The notes under the pieces were generated by a model. The model did no database searches and had not been told where the DNA came from. It was given only the letters and a program-made list of their open reading frames with translations. From positions 720,001 to 752,000 of the forward strand of contig NC_000918.1 of the NCBI RefSeq assembly GCF_000008625.1: DNA of 32,000 bases, in the 5' to 3' direction. This DNA comes from Aquifex aeolicus VF5 (GTDB lineage Bacteria > Aquificota > Aquificia > Aquificales > Aquificaceae). The position numbers and the translations under genes were made by a program. This document shows, one piece after another, positions 24,320 to 32,000 of this stretch (position 1 is the stretch's first letter; every line of letters starts with the position of its first letter).

Positions 24320-24754
24320 GTGATGACTCAAAAGAAGCCCATAAGGGATCTCATTGAAAGCTGTATAACAAAAGTAGAGGAACACTACAAGTTAAAGGAA
24401 CTCTACCAGAGACTAAACCAAGGGATAAACGTTGAAGAAGTTCTCAAAGAAACCGTGGAAGACTACAAGGAAAAAATGGAAAAGTACATTTTAGAAGTTC
24501 TGGAAGAAATAGAAAAGTATTGCGAGTACAGGGAGAGCTTACACGGAGATCAGAAGAAGGAAGCGGAAGAGGAACTATGCGAGTGTGAAAAAGATCTTTA
24601 CTGCACTATAGCGGAGCTCTTCGAGCTTTACCACTTCTTCAGGGAACTCGAAAACTTGAGTAAGGAACAGATAAACGAAGCGGTAAGTATACCCGTTGAA
24701 ATAATCTACAACGTTGTTTTGAAGCTAAAGGGTATAGAGGAGAAAAATCAGTGA
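24320..24754 (+). CDS. Hypothetical helical, charged protein
   Basis: 144-aa open frame directly after proA with an AAGGAGG-type SD; Glu/Lys-rich, coiled-coil-like; no family recognised. Confidence 0.65.
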   Translation: MMTQKKPIRDLIESCITKVEEHYKLKELYQRLNQGINVEEVLKETVEDYKEKMEKYILEVLEEIEKYCEYRESLHGDQKKEAEEELCECEKDLYCTIAELFELYHFFRELENLSKEQINEAVSIPVEIIYNVVLKLKGIEEKNQ

Positions 24755-24787
24755 TTTTAAAGGTTCTAACCATAGAATAAAAAGCGT

Positions 24788-25714
24788 ATGGAAAGGGAAA
24801 AAAGCTTAAAAGTTCTTGCTTTTAGTTTCCTATTAATATTTCTCTTTGCTTTTATTGAATTCCTCGGCGGACTGCTCACAAACAGTTTGGCTCTCCTCTC
24901 AGATGCCGGCCACATGCTCACGGACGCTGTATCCCTTTCTATAGCACTCGTTGCCCAGTACTTAGCTCTCAAAGTAAAGACGAAGAGGACGACTTACGGA
25001 CTCTACAGACTCGAAGTTCTCGCCGCACTCGTAAACGGAGTCTTCCTCTTAGGACTTATAGGCTACATAATCCTCGAAGCTATTCACAGATTTGAAAACC
25101 CTGAACCAGTGAAACCTCAGATGATATACATAGCCTTTGCGGGACTGATTGTTAACCTCGTAGTGGGATACATACTCCTGAAGCATTCTGAAGAGAACAT
25201 AAACATTAAGAGTGCGCTGCTTCACGTGGCGACGGACACACTCGGTTCGGTTGCAGCGATAATAGCGGGGATAGCGATCGTTTTCTGGAAGTTTTACCTT
25301 GCGGACCCAATTCTGAGCGTTGCTGTAGCCCTTTTAATCCTGCCTTCCGCCTACTCGGTTATAAAGGAAACCGTAAACGTACTCCTTGAAGTTGCCCCTT
25401 CCCACATTAACACGGAAGAACTCGAAAAGGAACTCTTGAACCTTCAAGGTGTAAAAGGCGTTCACGACCTTCACGTCTGGTCCATAACACCCGGAACGGA
25501 AGTACTTACGGTTCATGTGGTTGTTGAAGACACGAGTATATGCAACGACATATTGAAGGAAGTTGAAAAGATAGCCCACAAGTACGGTATAAAACATACC
25601 ACGGTACAGCTTGAAAAGGAAGGTTACGCCTGTGCCGAGTGCTGTCCCCTTCTCTCTCCTCAAGGGTTAAAGTTCCATCACCACCATCACCACGGCCACG
25701 AGCACGAACACTGA
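24788..25714 (+). CDS. Cation diffusion facilitator (CzcD/ZitB-like) with His-rich C-terminus
   Basis: LAFIEFLGGLLTNSLALLSDAGHMLTDAVSLSIALVAQYLA; HVDT-type ALLHVATDTLGSV; C-terminal CAECCPLLSPQGLKFHHHHHHGHEHEH. Confidence 0.93.
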   Translation: MEREKSLKVLAFSFLLIFLFAFIEFLGGLLTNSLALLSDAGHMLTDAVSLSIALVAQYLALKVKTKRTTYGLYRLEVLAALVNGVFLLGLIGYIILEAIHRFENPEPVKPQMIYIAFAGLIVNLVVGYILLKHSEENINIKSALLHVATDTLGSVAAIIAGIAIVFWKFYLADPILSVAVALLILPSAYSVIKETVNVLLEVAPSHINTEELEKELLNLQGVKGVHDLHVWSITPGTEVLTVHVVVEDTSICNDILKEVEKIAHKYGIKHTTVQLEKEGYACAECCPLLSPQGLKFHHHHHHGHEHEH

Positions 25715-25728
25715 GTTAAATTATCTTT

Positions 25729-26226
25729 ATGGAAAAGACTTATAAACTTCCCATAGTCTTGGGAACGGATCCCGAAAACACTATAAGGATTGACAAACTC
25801 CCTCCCCTTAAGGGTGCCTTTGCGGTTCACATACACGAGTCCGAAACCGAGAACAACGCACACATAAAGCTCGAGTACGGTGATACGGAGTACTGCCTTT
25901 CCCTTTACGTGTTTAACTACCCAAAATTCTTAAGGAACGAAACCGTTAGAGTAAGGAATTACGACCTTTGGCCCAAGTGGATCATGTTTGCCGCGAGACT
26001 GCCTAACGGAAAACTCCACCCCAAAAGCGGGGGAAAAGTGTACAGGGAAGACGCCGTAATAGTTGGAGAGGGGAATTACGAACTCGAAAACCCTTTTATA
26101 AGTTTCAAATATTCGGACGGAAGGATTTTAAACTTTAGAATAGAGTTCTACAGGTACTTAAGGTACAAATCTCCGAAGTACGGTCCGAGTTTTAGGAGCG
26201 AATACTGGTTTATAGGGGTAGATTGA
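25729..26226 (+). CDS. Conserved-type hypothetical protein
   Basis: 165-aa ORF between two tightly spaced genes; overlaps the downstream ATG by one nt (TGATG); no family recognised. Confidence 0.6.
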   Translation: MEKTYKLPIVLGTDPENTIRIDKLPPLKGAFAVHIHESETENNAHIKLEYGDTEYCLSLYVFNYPKFLRNETVRVRNYDLWPKWIMFAARLPNGKLHPKSGGKVYREDAVIVGEGNYELENPFISFKYSDGRILNFRIEFYRYLRYKSPKYGPSFRSEYWFIGVD

Positions 26227-27140
26227 TGCTTTTACTGCTTCTTCTCGTCTCCATAGCGTTTTCAGTTCCCAAACTTGTAAGTCCGGAATGGTTGAAAGAA
26301 AACTTAAGTAAAAAGAATTTGGTAATTATAGAATTCGGAGATACCCAGTCTTACCTTGTTGAAGGGCACATTCCGGGAGCGGTTTTGACGGAAAAGGAGC
26401 AGTGGAGGAAGATGGATCCCGAAACGGGAGCTCTCGTGAGAAGAAGTGTGGAGTACTACGAGAAGTTATTCAGGAGCTGGGGAATAAACAACGACTCGGA
26501 GGTGGTTATCTATTACAAGGGAAACACAAGGAACGAAATACTCGGTGCAGTTTACGCCTACTGGGTATTTCACCTCCTCGGACATAAAAGGGTTGGGATA
26601 CTTGACGGAGGTTGGAAGGAGTGGATAAAAAAGGGATACCCCGTGAGTTACGAAGAACCGGAAATAAACAGGGGAAACTTTAAGGCAAAGTACAATAAAG
26701 AACTTGAAACTAACTGGAAGTACGTTTACGAAAATATAGGAAAAATACCCATAATTGACGGCAGATTGCCTGATTTTTACTTCGGTATAGGAAAGTTTCC
26801 GGCAGCTAAAAAGTACGGACATATCCCCTGTTCTGTTCCTTTCTCATGGGAGTGGTGGGTAAAGAGGGATAGAGAGACAGAAAAACTTTACATCGAATTT
26901 CCCTATTATGCAAAAGAGTTTTTAAGGAACCAAGGCTTAAAACCCGAGGACGAGGTAATACTCTTTTGCTTCGGAGGAACTGGAGCCGCTTTCCTTTACT
27001 GGGTGTTTGACGTATCCGGACACAAAAATATGAAGGTATACGACGCTTCAAAAAGGGAATGGGAAGCCCTCAACTTACCTTTAAACAGGTACGTATGGGA
27101 AACCTTTAGGGATTGTAGAAAGTTCTTTTACACTAATTAA
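26226..27140 (+). CDS. Exported tandem rhodanese-domain sulfurtransferase
   Basis: Signal-like MLLLLLLVSIAFS; VEGHIPGAV, ILDGGWKEWIKKGYPV, ILFCFGGTGAAFLYWVF (catalytic-loop Cys). Confidence 0.82.
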   Translation: MLLLLLLVSIAFSVPKLVSPEWLKENLSKKNLVIIEFGDTQSYLVEGHIPGAVLTEKEQWRKMDPETGALVRRSVEYYEKLFRSWGINNDSEVVIYYKGNTRNEILGAVYAYWVFHLLGHKRVGILDGGWKEWIKKGYPVSYEEPEINRGNFKAKYNKELETNWKYVYENIGKIPIIDGRLPDFYFGIGKFPAAKKYGHIPCSVPFSWEWWVKRDRETEKLYIEFPYYAKEFLRNQGLKPEDEVILFCFGGTGAAFLYWVFDVSGHKNMKVYDASKREWEALNLPLNRYVWETFRDCRKFFYTN

Positions 27141-27142
27141 GT

Positions 27143-28146
27143 ATGACAGGGTATATTAGATTTTTTCTTGCTTTTCTAGTTTTAATTTCCCATTTAGGTA
27201 TTAGGTTTAAAGGAATGAATGAAGGGGTTTTTGCTGTTGTAATTTTTTATATATTAGCTGGACATGTAGTGACAAAACTTTTCCTCGAAAAGATTAAAAG
27301 TAATGATATTATTAAAAGGTTAAAAATATTTTATATAGAAAGATTTTTAAGGATTTTCCCAAGGTATGTATCAATTTTTTTCTAACTCTTGTCTTTTTAT
27401 TTCTAACCAATTACGGAAACCCCTATATAAATTTCTGCAACTTTCTTTTAAACTTACTAATAATTCCCCTTAACTACTATATGTATTTAGAAAATTGTAT
27501 AGTAATACTAACATCCACTACACCTCCTTGGTGGGCTATACCTCCTGCCTGGTCCTTAGGAGCAGAAATACAAGCATACTTTCTTCTTCCAATACTTTTG
27601 ACGTATAAAATGCTTGGCTTGAGTGTTTTCTGGATATCGTACATTATTTACTCATTGGCTAATTTAAATATAATACACTCTGATTACTTCGGTTATAGAT
27701 TAATCCCAGGAGTTATATTTATGTTTCTTTCAGGTGCTTATTTACAAAAAATAGTAAGCGGAAAAGCTTCCCGCCTGGAAATGCTTTCTTTGATAATAAT
27801 ATACATTATAAGTCTTTTTTGGCTTGTATTTTTTATAATAATTAAAGGAAAATACGGAGCTTATACAAGAGAAACCTTATTAGGCTTATTAGTAGGTATC
27901 CCTCTGGTTTACACTTTGCTAAAAATTAGAAGAAAGTTTTATTTTAATGACTTATTTGGAAAACTTTCATACGGTATATTCCTTTCACACTTTTTATCCT
28001 TTTGGATTCTTGAGTTTGTAAATTTAACACAAAATATAATATCTATGATATTCCTATCCTTAATAATTTCGGCTTCAGTATCGTATTTAATCATTACCCT
28101 TATAGAAAATAAGGTTGAAAAAATAAGATACAACCTGACGAGGTAA
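27143..28146 (+). pseudogene. Acyltransferase-3 family (OafA-like) membrane protein, frameshifted at T-tract 27375-27381
   Basis: ORF 27143..27385 (MTGYIRFFLAFLVLISHLGI...) and ORF 27481..28146 (PPWWAIPPAWSLGAEIQAYFLLP...) join in one reading through a protein-like linker if one T is added to the T7. Confidence 0.8.
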
Positions 28147-28164
28147 AATAAGAAGGAGAAAAAA

Positions 28165-28316
28165 GGTTAAGCAAAACTATGTGTCTGTCCCTCGGTAACT
28201 ATTCATATACTCTATACGCATCCGTCTCATACTCCTCCGCTTCAGGTATTTTCGCCAAAATCTTTTAAAGTTGTCTTCCGTTTTTTACCACTTTTTCGCT
28301 CCCGCACTCAGGGCAT
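28165..28316 (-). pseudogene. IS1-family-like transposase relic (InsA zinc-ribbon start fused to InsB-like fragment)
   Basis: Minus strand: MRCPECGSEKVVKNGRQL* and, after an internal deletion/frame change, AKIPEAEEYETDAYRVYE*LPRDRHIV. Confidence 0.6.
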
Positions 28317-28375
28317 CTCATAGCTTATATTCTCTTATCATCTCTTTTGTGAACTACCAAACTATAATACATAGT

Positions 28376-29626
28376 ATGAGATTCTCCATAAGAAATGTTA
28401 GCGAACAGGAAGTTAAAAGGGAAATAAGACACATATTGGAAGAAGTTTCTTCCGATAAAGATGAAATATCTAATAAACATAAACCTACAACTGTAGTAAA
28501 ACCCGTTGACTTTGAAAATATAGATTTAAACTACCTGTTTTCCTTAAACGGAGCTGAATTTGTTAGAAGCGCCTACAGGTTGGTTCTTGGTCGAGAACCG
28601 GATCCTCAAGGTATAGAATATTTTCTTTCAAAATTATTCTCAGGCGAATACACTAAAGGAGATGTTATAGTACACCTTAGATTATCTAAAGAAGGTAGAA
28701 AAAGAAAAACAAAGATTAAAGGTTTTTATAAACTAGCTATACCTTTCTTTTTAAAAAGAGTACCTATAATATCTAAGTTTTATAATTTAGGCAAATTTCT
28801 GATCTTCCCTGAAAGATTTTTAAGGAGACTTATAGCTCTTGAAAATTTCTCTTATACGCATATATTGGAGCTTAAACATGAATTGTACATTTTAAAACAA
28901 TCCACAAATGAAAAAATAAGATTCCTAGAGGAAATTACTTCACCACTCAGAAAGATAGAGGTTAATAATATATGGACAAAAGAATTCAACTTTGGAATTG
29001 AGAATAAAGAAAATTTTTACGCTTCCTTTGAAAATGCATTTAGGGGAGGGTACGAAAGTATAAAAGAAAAGCAAAAAATTTACTTAGATATCTTAAAAAA
29101 AGAAGGAGTAAGAGGAAAGGTGTTAGACGTAGGTTGTGGAAGAGGGGAGTTTTTAGAACTATTAAAACAAGAAGGCTTTGAAGGCATTGGAATAGATGTT
29201 AATAATTATTTAATAGATTTATTAAAAAAGAGAGGGTTTAAAGTTTTTAATATGGATGCCATTTCGTTCCTAGAACAATTTGATGAGGCTTTAGACGCAA
29301 TAACTGCTTTTCAAGTTATTGAACATATGTCTATTAAATACTTAAAAAAATTCTTGGAACTTAGTTATAAAAAGCTTTCTAACGGTGGGCTTATAATTCT
29401 TGAAACGATAAATCCTTGGAACATAGAAGCGTTCGCAAGGTTTTACTTAGACGAAACACATGTAAGACCTATTGTGCCAGAGTATCTCTATTTTCTACTA
29501 AAATACATAGGATTTAAAGATGTTAAGGTAATTTTTCTTTCTCCTTTAGAAAAGGAAATATTCAGTTTTCAAAAATTAAAATATTACTACTTGGATTATG
29601 CGGTTATTGGAAAAAAGGAGGAGTGA
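28376..29626 (+). CDS. DUF4214-type domain plus SAM-dependent methyltransferase
   Basis: FVRSAYRLVLGREPDPQGIEYFLSKLFSGEYTKGDVIVHLRLSKEG, then VLDVGCGRGEFLELLKQEGFEGIGIDVN...ITAFQVIEHM...GGLIILETINPWN. Start ATG 28376 preferred. Confidence 0.85.
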   Translation: MRFSIRNVSEQEVKREIRHILEEVSSDKDEISNKHKPTTVVKPVDFENIDLNYLFSLNGAEFVRSAYRLVLGREPDPQGIEYFLSKLFSGEYTKGDVIVHLRLSKEGRKRKTKIKGFYKLAIPFFLKRVPIISKFYNLGKFLIFPERFLRRLIALENFSYTHILELKHELYILKQSTNEKIRFLEEITSPLRKIEVNNIWTKEFNFGIENKENFYASFENAFRGGYESIKEKQKIYLDILKKEGVRGKVLDVGCGRGEFLELLKQEGFEGIGIDVNNYLIDLLKKRGFKVFNMDAISFLEQFDEALDAITAFQVIEHMSIKYLKKFLELSYKKLSNGGLIILETINPWNIEAFARFYLDETHVRPIVPEYLYFLLKYIGFKDVKVIFLSPLEKEIFSFQKLKYYYLDYAVIGKKEE

Positions 29627-29629
29627 AGA

Positions 29630-32000
29630 ATGGATAAAATTACATTTGATACGTTTTCACCTTTTTACAATATACTTTTACTGGTACACAATAAAATTGC
29701 AGATCTAATAAAAAATGAAATCGTAAATTTCTCAAAGTTGGAAGTAAAATTCCACACTTTAAACTCCGAAATAGATGAAGAAACTTTATACAGATTAACA
29801 GATTTAATAATAGCAGACAAATCAACTAAAGAAGAGTATTTAATAAAAGGAATACATGAAAATATACCAATAATTTTTATAGGTGATGATGAAAATTTAA
29901 AACCTTATATAAGTGTAGCGTTTAATACAAATGAATTGAAAGAACTTGCAGGGTTCGTGAGGTTAATTCAAATAAACAGGAGGTTAAGGAGGGCAATAAT
30001 AGAATCACAAAGAGAGAACCTGAAAATAAACGAGGACGGTATAAAAATACAAATAGAAGGATCTTTTGATAGTTCTTATAGCTTGGCTATAGTAAATAGG
30101 GAAATAGCAAGAGCTTTAAATAAATTATTTCCCGGTAAAGTTGCCCTTTATTCTACGGATGGGTACGGAGATTTTGAACCTAATGTGGAATTTTTAAAAC
30201 GGGATAAAGAAGTATACGAAATGTGGGAACGTTCCTCAAAAGGATATCATGCGGAAATAGTTATGAGAAATCCTTACCCCCCAAGGATATACGATATGAA
30301 AGGGGTTATAAACAGTATGACTTCCTACGGATGGGAGGAATCAGAATACCCTAAAGAATATCTTGAAGATTTCAATATATATTTGGACCTTCTGCCCGTT
30401 ACGTCACCTTATGTTGAAAAAGTTATGATTGATAACGGAATAGCCATACCGGTGTTTACGGTAGGACTAGGAGCGGATCACGTTTTGAGGTTAAAACCGG
30501 AGCCCTATCCCTTAAAGACAAAAAAAAGATTTAAGTTCCTTCACGTATCCTCCTGTTTTCCCAGAAAAGGTGTAGATATACTTTTAGACGCTTACACTTC
30601 CGTTTTTTCTGGAGATGATGATGTTGTATTAATTATAAAAACATTTCCAAATCCCCATAATAATGTAGAAGAACTTATAAAAAAGTACACGAAAGATAAA
30701 GAAAATCCGCCTAAGATTGAATTGATAAATAAAGATATACCTTACGAACAACTTGTTTATTTATACCAAGTGTGCAATTGTGTTGTACTCCCTTCAAGAG
30801 GGGAAGGTTTTGGACTTCCGGCAGCTGAAGCAATGCTTTTTAAAAAACCTGTTATAGTTACGAATTACGGGGGGTTTAAGTACTTTTGCAATGATAACAA
30901 TGCTTGGCTCATAGATTACAAGTTTGCAAAGGCAAAAACCCATATGAATTTACCTCTCTCATACTGGGTAGAACCGTCTAAAGAAGAATTAATGGAAAAA
31001 CTAAAGGAGATTTATACAGCTCCAGAAGAAGAAATAGCTCAGAAAACGGAGAGAGCTTATAAGGATATTATCGAAAATTTCACTTGGGATAAAACTGTTA
31101 AAAGACTAATGAGCGCAATAGAAAAGACTAAAAAGTTACCAGTTTTCTTAAAAAATGATATTAAGGTTGGAGTGATTAGTTCGTGGAATACCAGGTGTGG
31201 TATAGCTCAATATTCTGAGTTTCTCGTAGAAAACCTCTCAAGAGATATAGAAGTAAGAATCGTAGCTCCAAAAGTGCCGGAAAAAGAAATAATAAATTCA
31301 TCAAAAGAAAGCAAAAATGTTAGAAGAGTTTGGAAAAGGGTGGATAATGATCGTGATATTTCAAATATAATTGAAGAATTAAAGGATGTGGACGCCGTTG
31401 TGATACAACATCACTTTGCATACTTTGACACTAATTATTTAGGTAAACTTATAAAAGCTTTAAAGGAAAAAAGAAAGAAGGTGTTTATAACTTTTCACTC
31501 TCTTTCAGCCCCTCCTCATCAGGATCTTAGAAATATAAAAGAAAATTTAGCAAAATTGGAAAGGATTTTTGTACATTCTATAAATGATTTGAATAAATTA
31601 AAGGATAAAGGTTTAATCGAAAATGTTGCTCTTTTCCCTCACGGGGTAAATCAAGTGAAAGTAGATCACGAAACTATAAGGAACTTAAAAAGAACATACG
31701 GACTAGAGGGAAAATTTATAATAGGAACTTTTGGATACTTAAGAAAACACAAGGGTGTTAAAGAGTTAATAGAAGCATTTACTCTTTTAAGAAAAGAATT
31801 TCCTGAAGTACACCTGCTCTTATTGACGTCCCTTTATCCCTCTCAGGATTCCGTTGAGTATTTTGAGGAGTGTAAAGCTTACATAGTAAATAAAGGATTG
31901 GTTAATGACGTTACCTTTATTACGGAATATATACCTGAAGAGGACATTTATTCTTACATAAGTCTTATGGATGTCGTAGTTTACCCTTATCAATTCACAG
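29630..32000 (+). CDS. Large tandem GT-B glycosyltransferase (3' end beyond window)
   Basis: Not in the ORF track (runs off the edge). Frame 2 is open from ATG 29630 to the end: RFKFLHVSSCFPRKGVDILLDAY...PSRGEGFGLPAAEAMLFKKPVIVTNYGG, then a second domain GVISSWNTRCGIAQYSEFLVENL...IIGTFGYLRKHKGVKELIEAF...DVVVYPYQFT. Confidence 0.88.
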   Translation, partial: MDKITFDTFSPFYNILLLVHNKIADLIKNEIVNFSKLEVKFHTLNSEIDEETLYRLTDLIIADKSTKEEYLIKGIHENIPIIFIGDDENLKPYISVAFNTNELKELAGFVRLIQINRRLRRAIIESQRENLKINEDGIKIQIEGSFDSSYSLAIVNREIARALNKLFPGKVALYSTDGYGDFEPNVEFLKRDKEVYEMWERSSKGYHAEIVMRNPYPPRIYDMKGVINSMTSYGWEESEYPKEYLEDFNIYLDLLPVTSPYVEKVMIDNGIAIPVFTVGLGADHVLRLKPEPYPLKTKKRFKFLHVSSCFPRKGVDILLDAYTSVFSGDDDVVLIIKTFPNPHNNVEELIKKYTKDKENPPKIELINKDIPYEQLVYLYQVCNCVVLPSRGEGFGLPAAEAMLFKKPVIVTNYGGFKYFCNDNNAWLIDYKFAKAKTHMNLPLSYWVEPSKEELMEKLKEIYTAPEEEIAQKTERAYKDIIENFTWDKTVKRLMSAIEKTKKLPVFLKNDIKVGVISSWNTRCGIAQYSEFLVENLSRDIEVRIVAPKVPEKEIINSSKESKNVRRVWKRVDNDRDISNIIEELKDVDAVVIQHHFAYFDTNYLGKLIKALKEKRKKVFITFHSLSAPPHQDLRNIKENLAKLERIFVHSINDLNKLKDKGLIENVALFPHGVNQVKVDHETIRNLKRTYGLEGKFIIGTFGYLRKHKGVKELIEAFTLLRKEFPEVHLLLLTSLYPSQDSVEYFEECKAYIVNKGLVNDVTFITEYIPEEDIYSYISLMDVVVYPYQFT

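Noticed and set aside
29640-29825. Minus-strand 61-aa ORF
   Set aside because: Antisense to the long open plus-strand glycosyltransferase frame starting at 29630.

Overview
The window matches a compact hyperthermophilic bacterial genome; Aquifex-like is an inference from protein character and tRNA-Sec features. At the left is a selenium/formate island: the C-terminus of a LysR regulator, then fdoG with an in-frame TGA read as Sec, its SECIS hairpin, fdoH, fdoI, a Cu/Zn superoxide dismutase, fdhE, a GcvH-like lipoyl-domain protein, tRNA-Sec (UCA) and a NifS-like desulfurase. A decayed transposase follows. The middle holds housekeeping genes: phosphoesterase, pstB, tRNA-Val(GAC), pncB, rimM, a TetR-controlled tripartite efflux operon, gapA, miaA, NifU-like, cysS, galE, mqnA, proA, a CDF transporter and a rhodanese. 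The right end is an AT-rich polysaccharide-type cluster: a frameshifted acyltransferase, an IS1-like relic, a DUF4214-type/methyltransferase protein and a large tandem glycosyltransferase running off the window. Main second-look items: the Sec gene cluster with nifS-like and GcvH-like genes, an in-frame TGA inside a small DUF4258-like ORF upstream of a DUF2283-like ORF, two apparent +1T-repairable frameshifts at T-tracts, a perfect operator palindrome over a possibly leaderless TetR start, convergent genes repeatedly sharing TTAA at their stops, and two transposase relics. No CRISPR array was found.
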